Shown piece after piece: positions 17,385-25,712 of a DNA stretch of 36,078 nucleotides. The stretch is from a virus. Taxonomy: Duplodnaviria > Caudoviricetes. The translations under genes and the position numbers were made by a program. Each line of letters starts with the position of its first letter. The first letter of the stretch is position 1. The DNA lies in IMG/VR virus record IMGVR_UViG_3300028712_000007, positions 1 through 36,078 of that record; one strand, written 5' to 3'. The notes under the pieces are model-generated. The model was not told the origin of the DNA. It worked only from the letters and a program-made list of their open reading frames with translations, and did no database searches.

Positions 17385-17839
17385 TGGCCTGTCTCCTTGA
17401 GAGTCATGAGTCGTTCGATGAGGAGGGTCCGGGCCAGGTCGGCGTCGGGGCCTCCCTGCTTCACCACGCCTGCGCGGTCGAGGATGCTGTTGGCCGCGCG
17501 CTGACGGTCGGCGCTGAACGGTGCGGTTGCCATCTCGCGGGCAAGCGTGGCGATGGCCGGGGCGATGAGTTCCAGGAGGCGAATCTGTGCGGCGCGCTTC
17601 ACCTGCGGGGCGGCTCCGCCGTGCATCCGGCACACTGTCGCGCCGTCGATGGGTGCGTTGCGGCATCCCCGGCCACTGCGCGTGCGGGCAGTGCAGGTCC
17701 GTGCCAGGGGTGCCCGGGCGCGTGCATGGGTGCGCTCTTGCATGGGGTGCCGCGCGTCATCCAGGATGATCACATTGCTAACCGGGGTTAGCGGCGGTGC
17801 CGGGCCGTCGTCGCTCATGGTGACCTCCTCGCTGTCCAT
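17381..17839 (-). CDS. terS: Terminase small subunit (probable)
   Basis: CTARTRSGRGCRNAPIDGATVCRMHGGAAPQVKRAA zinc-knuckle motif, ILDRAG; leads the packaging operon; start uncertain. Confidence 0.65.
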   Translation of the reverse strand: MDSEEVTMSDDGPAPPLTPVSNVIILDDARHPMQERTHARARAPLARTCTARTRSGRGCRNAPIDGATVCRMHGGAAPQVKRAAQIRLLELIAPAIATLAREMATAPFSADRQRAANSILDRAGVVKQGGPDADLARTLLIERLMTLKETGQ

Positions 17840-17846
17840 GATCCAC

Positions 17847-18056
17847 CTAGCGGTCGAAGTTGTAACGGTGCGGCTGTGCGGTGGTGCAGACGCTCTCGAT
17901 GATTGCGGCCTCCATCGGGCGCTCCGGGTTCGGTGTCGCCTCGCAGGCCAGGTCCACCAGCCACGGCGGGAGCATGATGCCGTTCCAGGTGTACGACACG
18001 ATGGGGCCGGGGTGCTCGGCGGTGAGCACGGCTTCGGGCAGGCGACAGACGCTCAC
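17847..18056 (-). CDS. Hypothetical protein
   Basis: 69 aa, GTGA overlap. Confidence 0.5.
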   Translation of the reverse strand: MSVCRLPEAVLTAEHPGPIVSYTWNGIMLPPWLVDLACEATPNPERPMEAAIIESVCTTAQPHRYNFDR

Positions 18057-18559
18057 GGCAGGCCGGTCGGCAGGCCCAGGTCAGCCGCGTTCACGTCGGC
18101 GGGGTTGGCAGGCTCGACGGCGGGCCGGTGCCGATGGAACCCTGCGGCGATGATCGCCTGCACCATGTCCTCGACGCACGTGCAGTAGCCGGGGTAGCGG
18201 TCGGGGTTCTCGCACCGCCAGGAGTGCGGGCTTGCGCCCCCGGTGTCCAGTCCTTGCTCGCGAAGCACCTGCCGCAGTGCGTCGGCGTCCTTCTGGCCCT
18301 CTGCGGCCTCCACGGATTCGCGCGCCAGCCGTGCCGCGAAGTGCTCGCCGTCGTGGCCGACCGGCTTCACGAAGTCGAGCGAGGGCAGGTCTTGCCGCTT
18401 GCCGCGTGCCAGGGCGATGCGTGCTCGCTCGGCGTTGTCATCGGCTTCCTTCTCGGTCGTGGTGCGCAGGTCGTCGGCGCGCACGCTGGTCGAGGGGTAC
18501 ACACCGTCCGGGTCGCCGGTCGTCGGGTGGAAGGTCGCGGCCACCTTGTCGTTGCTCAT
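18053..18559 (-). CDS. Hypothetical protein
   Basis: ATG at 18559 (MSNDKVAATF); HSWRCE...YCTC motif. Confidence 0.6.
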   Translation of the reverse strand: MSNDKVAATFHPTTGDPDGVYPSTSVRADDLRTTTEKEADDNAERARIALARGKRQDLPSLDFVKPVGHDGEHFAARLARESVEAAEGQKDADALRQVLREQGLDTGGASPHSWRCENPDRYPGYCTCVEDMVQAIIAAGFHRHRPAVEPANPADVNAADLGLPTGLP

Positions 18560-18831
18560 GCGGGCACTCCGTCCCAGATGTGGAACACCAGGCTCATCGG
18601 GTAGGCGACGGTGCCGATGAAGGGCACGTGCGCCAGGCCATCGGCGGGGTGTCCGGTGCCGCGCACGCTCAGGGGCCGGTCCTCGACTGGGGCCTTGGTG
18701 TCCACGAGCGCCCAGATGCACACGTCGGGATGCTGGAAGGCGGCGCTGATGATGCGCGCGCCTCGGGGCATCCTGAGCACGGGCTGATCCTCGATGGGGA
18801 CAACGAACTTCCAGACGGCCATCTTCTTCAC
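18556..18831 (-). CDS. Hypothetical phage protein
   Basis: VWKF...MPRGARII...IWALVD...GTGHP...FIGTV...LVFHIW, a pattern common in phage small proteins. Confidence 0.7.
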   Translation of the reverse strand: MKKMAVWKFVVPIEDQPVLRMPRGARIISAAFQHPDVCIWALVDTKAPVEDRPLSVRGTGHPADGLAHVPFIGTVAYPMSLVFHIWDGVPA

Positions 18832-19247
18832 GCCAGTGCCTCCGGGTGCTCGCTGGCCCACTCTGGATGCTTCGCGGCGATGTGCGCCTGCACATCATCG
18901 AAGTGCCGGTGGCAGTCCTTGACCGGGCAGACGCCGTTGGCGATGCGGTTGCGCAGGCGGGTGATCCAGCCCCGGTAGGCCGCGTTCGACCGCTCGGCGG
19001 CGTCGCGCTGATCGCGGGCGGCGGTGGCGGTGGCGCGGGCGATGCGCAGGCTGTGCTCCGTCTGCTTGATCTGCGCCCTGAGCCGGTCGGCCTCGGTTTC
19101 CTTCCAGACGAAGGTGTGGCCGAGCGGGCAGTAGACCGCGACACCATTGTTGTGCGCCTCGCGGTACAGGCTGGACGGTATCGCCAGGCGGATGCCGCAC
19201 CAGCAGGACGTGACGGTGAGTTCGCCGGTGAAGGTGAGTGTGGTCAT
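18828..19247 (-). CDS. Zinc-binding/coiled-coil protein
   Basis: CWCG, YCPLGH, coiled coil, C-terminal CPVKDC...H...H; GAAAGGC RBS. Confidence 0.75.
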   Translation of the reverse strand: MTTLTFTGELTVTSCWCGIRLAIPSSLYREAHNNGVAVYCPLGHTFVWKETEADRLRAQIKQTEHSLRIARATATAARDQRDAAERSNAAYRGWITRLRNRIANGVCPVKDCHRHFDDVQAHIAAKHPEWASEHPEALA

Positions 19248-19474
19248 GACGGGATGCCTTTCGTGTCGGCCTGCTGTTCGCGGAGGATGCGGGTGCGCGC
19301 GGCGCGCAGGTGGCGGTCGCCGCGAGCACGGGCCTGCGAGTACGTGGGGTAGTTGGCGCTCAGGATGCCCTCGCGCCCGCAGGAGCAGAACCAGCGAGCA
19401 CCGCCCGGTTCCTGGTGGACGGTCAGGCGGTGCTCGATGCGTAGGCGCTCGTTGATCGCGCGGTGGTCGATCAC
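19244..19474 (-). CDS. Hypothetical protein (CSCG...H)
   Basis: 76 aa, overlaps both neighbours. Confidence 0.6.
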   Translation of the reverse strand: MIDHRAINERLRIEHRLTVHQEPGGARWFCSCGREGILSANYPTYSQARARGDRHLRAARTRILREQQADTKGIPS

Positions 19475-19638
19475 CCGAAGGCCCCGACGAACCAGAGTGT
19501 GAAGGCCAGGATCAGGAAGCCGACAGCGGCGATGCCGGTCTTGACGTTCAGCGGGCGGGGCGAGTGCGCGGCGTAGAACACCACGGTCAGCGCGAGGGTG
19601 AACAGGAGGACGGCGATGATGGCAAGCGGCACGGTCAT
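19471..19638 (-). CDS. Small membrane protein (55 aa, two TM helices)
   Basis: MTVPLAIIAVLLFTLALTVVF...GIAAVGFLILAFTLWFVGAFG; GAAAGGC RBS. Confidence 0.65.
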   Translation of the reverse strand: MTVPLAIIAVLLFTLALTVVFYAAHSPRPLNVKTGIAAVGFLILAFTLWFVGAFG

Positions 19639-19641
19639 GGG

Positions 19642-19860
19642 TCAGCCTTTCGTAGCGGGGCGGCGAGCCGCCTTGAGAACGGCCACGTCACTCGTGCCTG
19701 CCTGCTCGGCAATCGCGGCCCAGGTGTTGCCTGCGGCGCGGGCCTTGCGCACGACCTCACCGAGATACTGGTTCTGATCGGCCAGGCGTTTGAGCAGATC
19801 ATCGCGCTTGCGGTATGCCTGCGCGACCTCGGCTAGCGTGTCCGGTTCGGCGGTTCTCAT
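19642..19860 (-). CDS. Helix-turn-helix DNA-binding protein
   Basis: ARAAGNTWAAIAEQAGTSDVAV HTH. Confidence 0.75.
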   Translation of the reverse strand: MRTAEPDTLAEVAQAYRKRDDLLKRLADQNQYLGEVVRKARAAGNTWAAIAEQAGTSDVAVLKAARRPATKG

Positions 19861-19869
19861 GGTGTACTC

Positions 19870-19887
19870 ATCCTAACCTAGATTAGC
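19870..19887 (-). promoter_or_regulatory. Stand-alone CTAA-N6-TTAG palindrome overlapping a TAGGAT -10 upstream of the HTH gene
   Basis: CCTAACCTAGATTAGC at 19872-19887; TAGGAT (minus strand) ends 9 nt before the ATG. Confidence 0.5.
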
Positions 19888-20547
19888 GTCCGGCGCCAGG
19901 ACGGACGTGTGGGTGTAGCCCCCGGGGATGAGGGGCACTTCGACGCGCTCGGGCGGCTCGCCGGAGAGCCACATGACCTTGACGCCGTAGGACTCGCCCC
20001 GATGGACGCGGCCCCGGCCTTCGGCCTCGTCGTGCCCGGCTGGCTCCGCGCACGTCACGGTGATCGAGCCGTGGTTCTGCACCCGGCCACAGCGCTGTAC
20101 CGGCACGATGGCGCGCAGGTTCCAGATGCACCCGCTGGCAACGTCCCATCCGGCGTACCAGAAGTTCGTGAAGTCGAACCGGGACTCGTGGCGGTAAGGC
20201 GTGATGATGATGCCGTCGTAGTCGGCCTGCACCTTGCGCCAGTCGATGCCGTTGATCTGGACGCCCTCGTACAGCGCGCCCTTGTACTTCTCACCGAACG
20301 CCTTGAACTCCTGCTCGGTGGTAATGATGAGCACGTTGCCCTCGGGCGTCAGCGCGAACTCCGTGGCGTAGGCGAGGCCCCCTAGGTTCCACTCCTCCCC
20401 CTCGCACCACTCGCGCCAGCCGAACTCGTCCTCGTCGCTGAGCCACAGGCCGCGCGGCTTGCCCACCATCGACGCAATCTCGTGGTCGTGGTACTCGTAC
20501 TCGGGATCGAATACCAGCGGTTCTGATGTGTACTTGACGAGCCTCAC
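19873..20547 (-). CDS. Conserved-looking hypothetical protein, possibly ART-like fold
   Basis: GTG at 20547, AAGGAGG RBS; KPRGLWLS...WREWC...IDWRKVQADYDGI...GWDVASGCIWN. Confidence 0.7.
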   Translation of the reverse strand: MRLVKYTSEPLVFDPEYEYHDHEIASMVGKPRGLWLSDEDEFGWREWCEGEEWNLGGLAYATEFALTPEGNVLIITTEQEFKAFGEKYKGALYEGVQINGIDWRKVQADYDGIIITPYRHESRFDFTNFWYAGWDVASGCIWNLRAIVPVQRCGRVQNHGSITVTCAEPAGHDEAEGRGRVHRGESYGVKVMWLSGEPPERVEVPLIPGGYTHTSVLAPDANLG

Positions 20548-21158
20548 GCGGTCGCCTCCTTGCCGGGCAGGTACAGGCCCTGCGGGTTGATGTCGGTGGT
20601 CATGCCGAGAATGTCTATCGGGACGAGAGCGCGCAGGGCTTCGGTGGCGTGCATCGCCGCGAACACTTCGCCCGCAGGCCAGCCCTCGACCGGCAGGTGC
20701 GCCACCTGCCCCCAGCCCCGGTAGTCGAACGGGGCACCGATGGAGAACAGGAAGCGCCGCGCCTTGGCGCTGAGGGTGCCGGGCAGGTGGATCGTCTCGC
20801 CGCCGTGGTGCGTGGGCGGGTTGCCGGTCATGAAGAAGCCTGCGCCGTGCGGCTTGTGGATGCCGTCGCGGAGGGAACCCTGCCAGACGCCGGGCACGCT
20901 CGGCACGTAGGACCACAGCGTGGCGTCGATGACGTAGGCGTCCTTGTCGTAGGGGTCACCGACGACGGCCCAGGAGTGCTGGCTGGACACGCCTTTCGCC
21001 CAGCCGCGTGCCACGCGCGCACCGGGCCAGAGGCCGCTCTGCACGATGGCGAGGCTGACGGCGTGGCAGTTGTGCCACACGTTCTTGGGGTCGCGCCCGA
21101 GCGCTTCACTCAGGTTGCGCACGTCCTCCGGGATGGTGATGTGATCAGGCGTCGTCAA
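20544..21158 (-). CDS. Transglutaminase/papain-like protein
   Basis: NCHAVS...QHSWAV...VIDATL gives a Cys-His-Asp order. Confidence 0.55.
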   Translation of the reverse strand: MTTPDHITIPEDVRNLSEALGRDPKNVWHNCHAVSLAIVQSGLWPGARVARGWAKGVSSQHSWAVVGDPYDKDAYVIDATLWSYVPSVPGVWQGSLRDGIHKPHGAGFFMTGNPPTHHGGETIHLPGTLSAKARRFLFSIGAPFDYRGWGQVAHLPVEGWPAGEVFAAMHATEALRALVPIDILGMTTDINPQGLYLPGKEATA

Positions 21159-21660
21159 GGGGAATCTCCTCTGCGTAGTCCTCGATGAATGTGGGGTCTA
21201 CGACCCACTCGTCCTCGCCCCGGCTTTCGTGGAAGCGGGCCAGGATCAGGTCGCGGGGCACTTCGGCCTTCCACAGCGAATGCGTGCCGCCGACGTGGCC
21301 GCTGAACCGCTTGGCGAACCAGCGGGCGCGGTCGATGTCCGCTGTCCAGGACATGCCGAACTCGTGCCCTTCCGCCGCGCCCCGGTAGAGGGTGAGCGTG
21401 TCGGGCAGTTCGGCGCGGGGCGTCACGACGCCTTCGTGCAGGTAGGCGTCGTCGTCGGCACCGGCGCACGCCATCTGCCACAGCATCAGCCACACATCGG
21501 CGTCGAGCGCACGGGCGGGCCACTCGGGCATCGTCCAGGCCCGCTCGATAGCGGCGGCGATGTCCTCCGGCTCGGTGAGGGTGCCGTGGGTGAACACGGC
21601 GTGGGCCAGGAGCGCCGGGTAGTCGGCGCGGCCTGCGCGTGAGAACACGTCGGTCGTCAT
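21145..21660 (-). CDS. ADP-ribosyltransferase-like protein (R-S-E class)
   Basis: LTLYRG...GMSWT...ARWFA...EDEWVV. Confidence 0.6.
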   Translation of the reverse strand: MTTDVFSRAGRADYPALLAHAVFTHGTLTEPEDIAAAIERAWTMPEWPARALDADVWLMLWQMACAGADDDAYLHEGVVTPRAELPDTLTLYRGAAEGHEFGMSWTADIDRARWFAKRFSGHVGGTHSLWKAEVPRDLILARFHESRGEDEWVVDPTFIEDYAEEIPLDDA

Positions 21661-21893
21661 GCTTGGCTCCTTGCCTCGGCTTCGTCAGCCGCGTAGTCGT
21701 AGTCGCGAGGGTCGTACTCGCTGTTGGTCAGGTCGTTGCTCTCGATGAAGGACACCAGGAGGTCGAAGCACTGCTCCTCCCACTCCTCGGCCTTGCTCTC
21801 GGCGTAGTCGCCGTAGGACGAGCGGATCATTGCGCAGGCGCGCTCCCACTGGTCGTGGAGCACTGCGGCCTCGCGCCGGGCGGCGGCGGTCAA
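21657..21893 (-). CDS. Acidic hypothetical protein
   Basis: 78 aa, overlaps both neighbours. Confidence 0.65.
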   Translation of the reverse strand: MTAAARREAAVLHDQWERACAMIRSSYGDYAESKAEEWEEQCFDLLVSFIESNDLTNSEYDPRDYDYAADEAEARSQA

Positions 21894-22093
21894 GCGTTCA
21901 CCCCCACGCCCGGGGCGATGGTCAGGACGGTTGCGCCTGCCGCCTTGAGGGCGACGGCCTTGCCGTTCTTGTAGACGGTGCAGGCGGTCGCGTCGTCAGC
22001 GAGGGCGATCTGGACAGCGTGCGAGTAGTCGGTGGCGATGTAGTAGCCGTAGCCGTCCTGGACGGTGAACTTTGCGGCGGTGGAAGCGGCCAT
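21890..22093 (-). CDS. Hypothetical protein
   Basis: 67 aa, GAAAGGC RBS, downstream of repeat copy 6. Confidence 0.7.
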   Translation of the reverse strand: MAASTAAKFTVQDGYGYYIATDYSHAVQIALADDATACTVYKNGKAVALKAAGATVLTIAPGVGVNA

Positions 22094-22110
22094 GAGGTGC
22101 CTTTCGATGC

Positions 22111-22169
22111 GGTTTGGCTTGTACTAATAGTTTAGCATCCGCACGACGAAACACCTAATCCGGGTTAGG
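22111..22169 (-). promoter_or_regulatory. Composite promoter/operator repeat, copy 6
   Basis: Identical 29-bp core plus perfect CCTAA-TCCGGG-TTAGG. Confidence 0.8.
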
Positions 22170-22500
22170 CTATTATTCCCGCTTCCCGCAGGGCCTCAAC
22201 CAGTTCGCTCTCGGCCCGATGCCACTCGGTCAGCGTCAGCCCGTGCGGCGGCGGCTCCACGATGCGCTTGAGCACACCGCCCTCGTTCACGTACCGGACG
22301 CCGGTGGCCCCGCACTCCCATGCGCAGTGCGGCGTCAGTGCTTGGCCCGCCATGCCGCCGTGGTGATGTACGTCGGTCGAGCCTTCGACCACATGAATCG
22401 CGCGGCTTGTGATCAGGTAGTCGCGGGCGGCAAGGAGGATGCGCGATGCCTCCCCAGCCCCAACCGGCAGGGCGGGTCCGTCAGGAGGGGTGTCGGGCAT
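22165..22500 (-). CDS. Hypothetical protein
   Basis: ATG at 22500 with GAAGGAG RBS; 111 aa. Confidence 0.6.
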   Translation of the reverse strand: MPDTPPDGPALPVGAGEASRILLAARDYLITSRAIHVVEGSTDVHHHGGMAGQALTPHCAWECGATGVRYVNEGGVLKRIVEPPPHGLTLTEWHRAESELVEALREAGIIA

Positions 22501-22790
22501 GGGGTGTCTCCTTCGATCAGGCTGTGCCACGTCGGCGTGGCGGTGGGCGTGGGGTGCCGGTCGAACGGGAACCCCTCGGTGTTGTGAACCCAGGCGTCCA
22601 GGGCCGCGTCGATCCAGTGCGCGCGCCACGGGCCGACCGTCCACGGCAACTCGGTGCAGGCGGCGCACAGCGCCTGCCAGCCGTCGTAAACCGCTACGCC
22701 GGGGCGCATGGCTCGGGAAGGCACCACCGTGCCGCGCTGGGGCGGGTTGCGCCAGTGCGGCAGGATCGTGTCGAAGTAGTCGTCGGTCAT
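22413..22790 (-). CDS. Hypothetical protein
   Basis: ATG at 22790 with GGAGG RBS; 3' end overlaps the next gene by 88 nt. Confidence 0.5.
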   Translation of the reverse strand: MTDDYFDTILPHWRNPPQRGTVVPSRAMRPGVAVYDGWQALCAACTELPWTVGPWRAHWIDAALDAWVHNTEGFPFDRHPTPTATPTWHSLIEGDTPCPTPLLTDPPCRLGLGRHRASSLPPATT

Positions 22791-22884
22791 GGTTGCCTCC
22801 GCGCCCAGCGTGCCAGCCAGATGCACAGCCCCGCCAGGGCCGCGAGCGCGAGCACGACAAGGAAGATGGAGCCGGGTTCGATGC

Positions 22885-23109
22885 TCAGAAGTCCATCTCC
22901 GTCCACGTCAGGTCGGCGGGCCGGGGCGGCGGCGGGGGGCGTAGCGCTTCCTGCGCCTCGGGGGTGCGCCGCACCACGGCAAGGATCGCCTCGGCTCGGG
23001 AGCGGCGCTCGCTGGACTCGGCGGGGTTGTCGCGGATGGCTGTCAGCCGCGCGACGAGTTCGCGCCACTGCTTCGGGGTGTGGCGAGGGGCGGTCACGAT
23101 GGCGCTCAT
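22885..23109 (-). CDS. Hypothetical protein
   Basis: ATGA overlap; 74 aa. Confidence 0.55.
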   Translation of the reverse strand: MSAIVTAPRHTPKQWRELVARLTAIRDNPAESSERRSRAEAILAVVRRTPEAQEALRPPPPPRPADLTWTEMDF

Positions 23110-23315
23110 TCGTGCCGGGCCGCAGGCGCGCGGGTGTCGTGCCACGCCAGGTTGATCTTCGTCCAGGCGCGCCGGAGCACGTCGCGCTCGGTGCGCGCAT
23201 CCCGGTCGCCTTCCTCCACGTTGTCATCCAGGAGCAGATCGCGTCCGGCGACAGCACCGGCAAGCGCCTCGTACTGCGGCTGGGTGAGGACGATGGTGAT
23301 GCGGCGGGCGGTCAC
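23106..23315 (-). CDS. Hypothetical protein, paralog of 33305-33481
   Basis: ITIVLTQPQYEAL...ERDVLRRAWTKI. Confidence 0.65.
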   Translation of the reverse strand: MTARRITIVLTQPQYEALAGAVAGRDLLLDDNVEEGDRDARTERDVLRRAWTKINLAWHDTRAPAARHE

Positions 23316-23578
23316 GGTGCTACCTCGTTCGCGGCGCGCAGTTCATCGAGCATGGAGCGCTTCTCCTGCTCGATCTTCACCGGGTCGATCTGGAAGTACT
23401 GGTACAGCCAGGAGTTGATCGAGCGGGACACCGGGAAGTAGCCGCGCCCCTCGTCGCCTGCGTTCTGCCACTCGCAGATCGTGTAGCGGTTGTCGTTCAG
23501 CCATTCGATGAACGCGCCGATGTGCTGGTTGGCACCGCCGAGGGCGGTGATCTTGTCGTGCTCGGGGTAGTCAGTCAT
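23312..23578 (-). CDS. Hypothetical phage protein
   Basis: ATG at 23578; YPEHDK...IGAFIEWL...YFQIDPVKIEQEKR. Confidence 0.7.
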   Translation of the reverse strand: MTDYPEHDKITALGGANQHIGAFIEWLNDNRYTICEWQNAGDEGRGYFPVSRSINSWLYQYFQIDPVKIEQEKRSMLDELRAANEVAP

Positions 23579-23637
23579 GGCGTTGCTTTCGTTGGGGAGT
23601 GGGCCGCGCCGCCCTCGCAAACGACGCGGCCCACGGT

Positions 23638-24510
23638 TCACAGGGGCAGGGGGATGCGGAGCGGCTTGCCCTTGGAGTCGCGGGTGTGCAGGGCCTTGAC
23701 CTTCTGCTTGTCGCGCCAGGCATTCCACGCCTGGAAGATGAGGCCGACACTCTCGCCGGGCCTGCGCAGTTGCCCCAGTTCGCGCATCTGCCGGATCGTG
23801 AACAGGAGCACGGCGCGCGGGTCGTCGCCGCCCTCTGTCGCGTAGCCCGCCAGTGACTCCCAGAAGATGTCCGCGTCGTGCGCGTCCAGGTCGTACAGGA
23901 CGGTGCGCGCCATTGCCTGCGGCCCGGGCGGGATGCCGATGCGCTGGTAGTCACGGGTGGCGTCGTGGACGGCATCGAGCAGGTCGGGCCTGCGCGTCAC
24001 CGTATCGACAATCTCCTGGTGCGTGGCACGGTCGTCGGCGCGGGTGCCGCTCGTCATGTGCGTCAGCCGGTCGCTCTCCCACAGCACCATGAGCCGTGCG
24101 GCGGCGGCAAGGGCGTAGGGGTTGTTCCCGCCCATCCCCGCCATGCGCAGGGCGTCGCCGCCGTTGCGCACCGCGCCGGTGTCGATCACGACGCGGGTGT
24201 CAGGGTCCAGGTCGCGCACCACCAGCAGGCGTTGCGTCTTGCCGGACTGGATGATCGCCTGTAGCCGGTGCTGGCCGTCGAGTAGTTCGCCGTGCCTGCC
24301 GATCTTGATTGTCTCGCCCGTGACAAGCCAGCGGTCGGCCAGCATGTCCCGGGAGTAGGCGCTCACCACGCGGGCGCGCATGTTGCGGTTGGCCTCGTTC
24401 GATTCGAGCAACTGCTCGGCGTCGCCGGGGCTGACCGTCATCCACTCGACCCGGGGGTCGGTGCCGATGTCCTCCGCTGTGCTCAGTGTGAGATTCATAG
24501 CCTTCGTCAT
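23638..24510 (-). CDS. ParB/Srx-like domain protein
   Basis: VSPGDAEQLLESNEANR...YSRDM...W...GETI...LLDGQHRLQAI. Confidence 0.7.
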   Translation of the reverse strand: MTKAMNLTLSTAEDIGTDPRVEWMTVSPGDAEQLLESNEANRNMRARVVSAYSRDMLADRWLVTGETIKIGRHGELLDGQHRLQAIIQSGKTQRLLVVRDLDPDTRVVIDTGAVRNGGDALRMAGMGGNNPYALAAAARLMVLWESDRLTHMTSGTRADDRATHQEIVDTVTRRPDLLDAVHDATRDYQRIGIPPGPQAMARTVLYDLDAHDADIFWESLAGYATEGGDDPRAVLLFTIRQMRELGQLRRPGESVGLIFQAWNAWRDKQKVKALHTRDSKGKPLRIPLPL

Positions 24511-24812
24511 TCCTTTGCCTTTCGTGTGTCCGGCGTCTGTGCCCAGCGCTCGCCGTTGGCGGCGGCGAGTTGGCGGCGCTGTTCGCGCGCCTCCATCCAG
24601 GCTTCGATGCTGGCGGGTCGCCAGGTTGGCGTTCGTACAACCACCACGTCAGGCGGTGGCATGTCTGTAGGGACCGGGTGGCCGTCGCGCCGGTTCTTGT
24701 TCGCCTGCGTGTGATAGGCGCGCACCGAGCCGGGGGCCAACCCAGTCATGCCCGCCACATCATCCAGCGTCAGTAGGCCCGCGTCAGCGGCAAGGCCCGG
24801 TTTCTGCGGCAT
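24507..24812 (-). CDS. AlpA/excisionase-like HTH DNA-binding protein
   Basis: ATG at 24812, GGAGG RBS; LLTLDDVAGMTGLAPGSVRAY...MPPPD...PTWRPASIEAW. Confidence 0.7.
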   Translation of the reverse strand: MPQKPGLAADAGLLTLDDVAGMTGLAPGSVRAYHTQANKNRRDGHPVPTDMPPPDVVVVRTPTWRPASIEAWMEAREQRRQLAAANGERWAQTPDTRKAKE

Positions 24813-24888
24813 GGTTCCTCCTTCGGTTATCCCTCTACCCCAAGCACCCGCGCCGGGGTGGCGCGGGTGCCGGGGGTTGCGAGGGGTG

Positions 24889-25611
24889 TCATGCGGTTGC
24901 GTCGGCGTCGGCGGGAGCCTCAGCGGGGGCGTCGGTGTGATCGAGCACCCAGGCCGCGACCCTCTCCTTGACGTTGCGGTTCGCCTCCACGATTGCGCGC
25001 ACGTCCTCGACGGCGGCGAGGTAGCCCTGCTGGTGCGCTGTCTTGCGTGCGGCGCGCGGGGTGCGCGTCCGGCCTGCACCGGCGTCACGGATGATGCGGC
25101 CCACGCGGATGAGGCCCGCCGTGTCAGCGAGCACCTTGCGGGGGATGCCCGCCTGCGCGCCCTTGACGATGGCGGCGTCACGGGTCGCGTGATCCGGCGC
25201 GTCAGCAATCTCAGCCAGGATGGCCGCGTGCTCGGCGCTGGTTTCGACCGCGTGATCTGCGACAACCTGCTCGGCGGCGGCAATGACTGCGCTGGCGTGA
25301 GCCAGGGCCTCATCGACTTCCTTCGCCTGCTCGGCGGTCAGTTCGACGGCGGCTTCCTCGTCCTTGGCGAACTCGATGCTCATGTCGCTGACGCCTGCGG
25401 CCTCGGCCTGGCAGAACTCGCAGAAGTCCAGTGCCGTGACAGCGAGGGCGTCCAACTGCGTGCCCGTGTTGACGAGAGTGTTGTGCTCGTCGCAGAGCGT
25501 GACCCACTTGCCACCCTCCGGGTCCACGCCAAGTTCTACGGCGCGGCCAACGGTGAGCGAGTGAGCGGCACCCTTGGGGGTGCGGGTGTAGGGGAATGTG
25601 ATCCCAGCCAT
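24889..25611 (-). CDS. Hypothetical protein (N-terminal Zn-binding domain, central HTH-like segment)
   Basis: 240 aa; CDEH...CEFC; GIPRKVLADTAGL; downstream of repeat copy 7. Confidence 0.75.
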   Translation of the reverse strand: MAGITFPYTRTPKGAAHSLTVGRAVELGVDPEGGKWVTLCDEHNTLVNTGTQLDALAVTALDFCEFCQAEAAGVSDMSIEFAKDEEAAVELTAEQAKEVDEALAHASAVIAAAEQVVADHAVETSAEHAAILAEIADAPDHATRDAAIVKGAQAGIPRKVLADTAGLIRVGRIIRDAGAGRTRTPRAARKTAHQQGYLAAVEDVRAIVEANRNVKERVAAWVLDHTDAPAEAPADADATA

Positions 25612-25635
25612 GATGTGCCTTTCGTTTATGAGTGC

Positions 25636-25695
25636 GGTTTGGCTTACACCTAAAGTCTAGCATCGGTGCCGACTGACTTCCTAATCCCGGTTCGG
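25636..25695 (-). promoter_or_regulatory. Composite promoter/operator repeat, copy 7
   Basis: GGTTTGGCTTACACCTAAAGTCTAGCATC plus CCTAATCCCGGTTCGG. Confidence 0.8.
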
Positions 25696-25712
25696 CCCGC
25701 AGGGAAAGAAGG

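Noticed and set aside
16695-17666. Extended 323-aa ParB ORF and similar long N-terminal extensions in the ORF track (15147-16085, 18053-19147, 19873-20916)
   Set aside because: The extensions overlap upstream genes in another frame; internal starts with RBS and 4-bp stop/start overlaps fit better.
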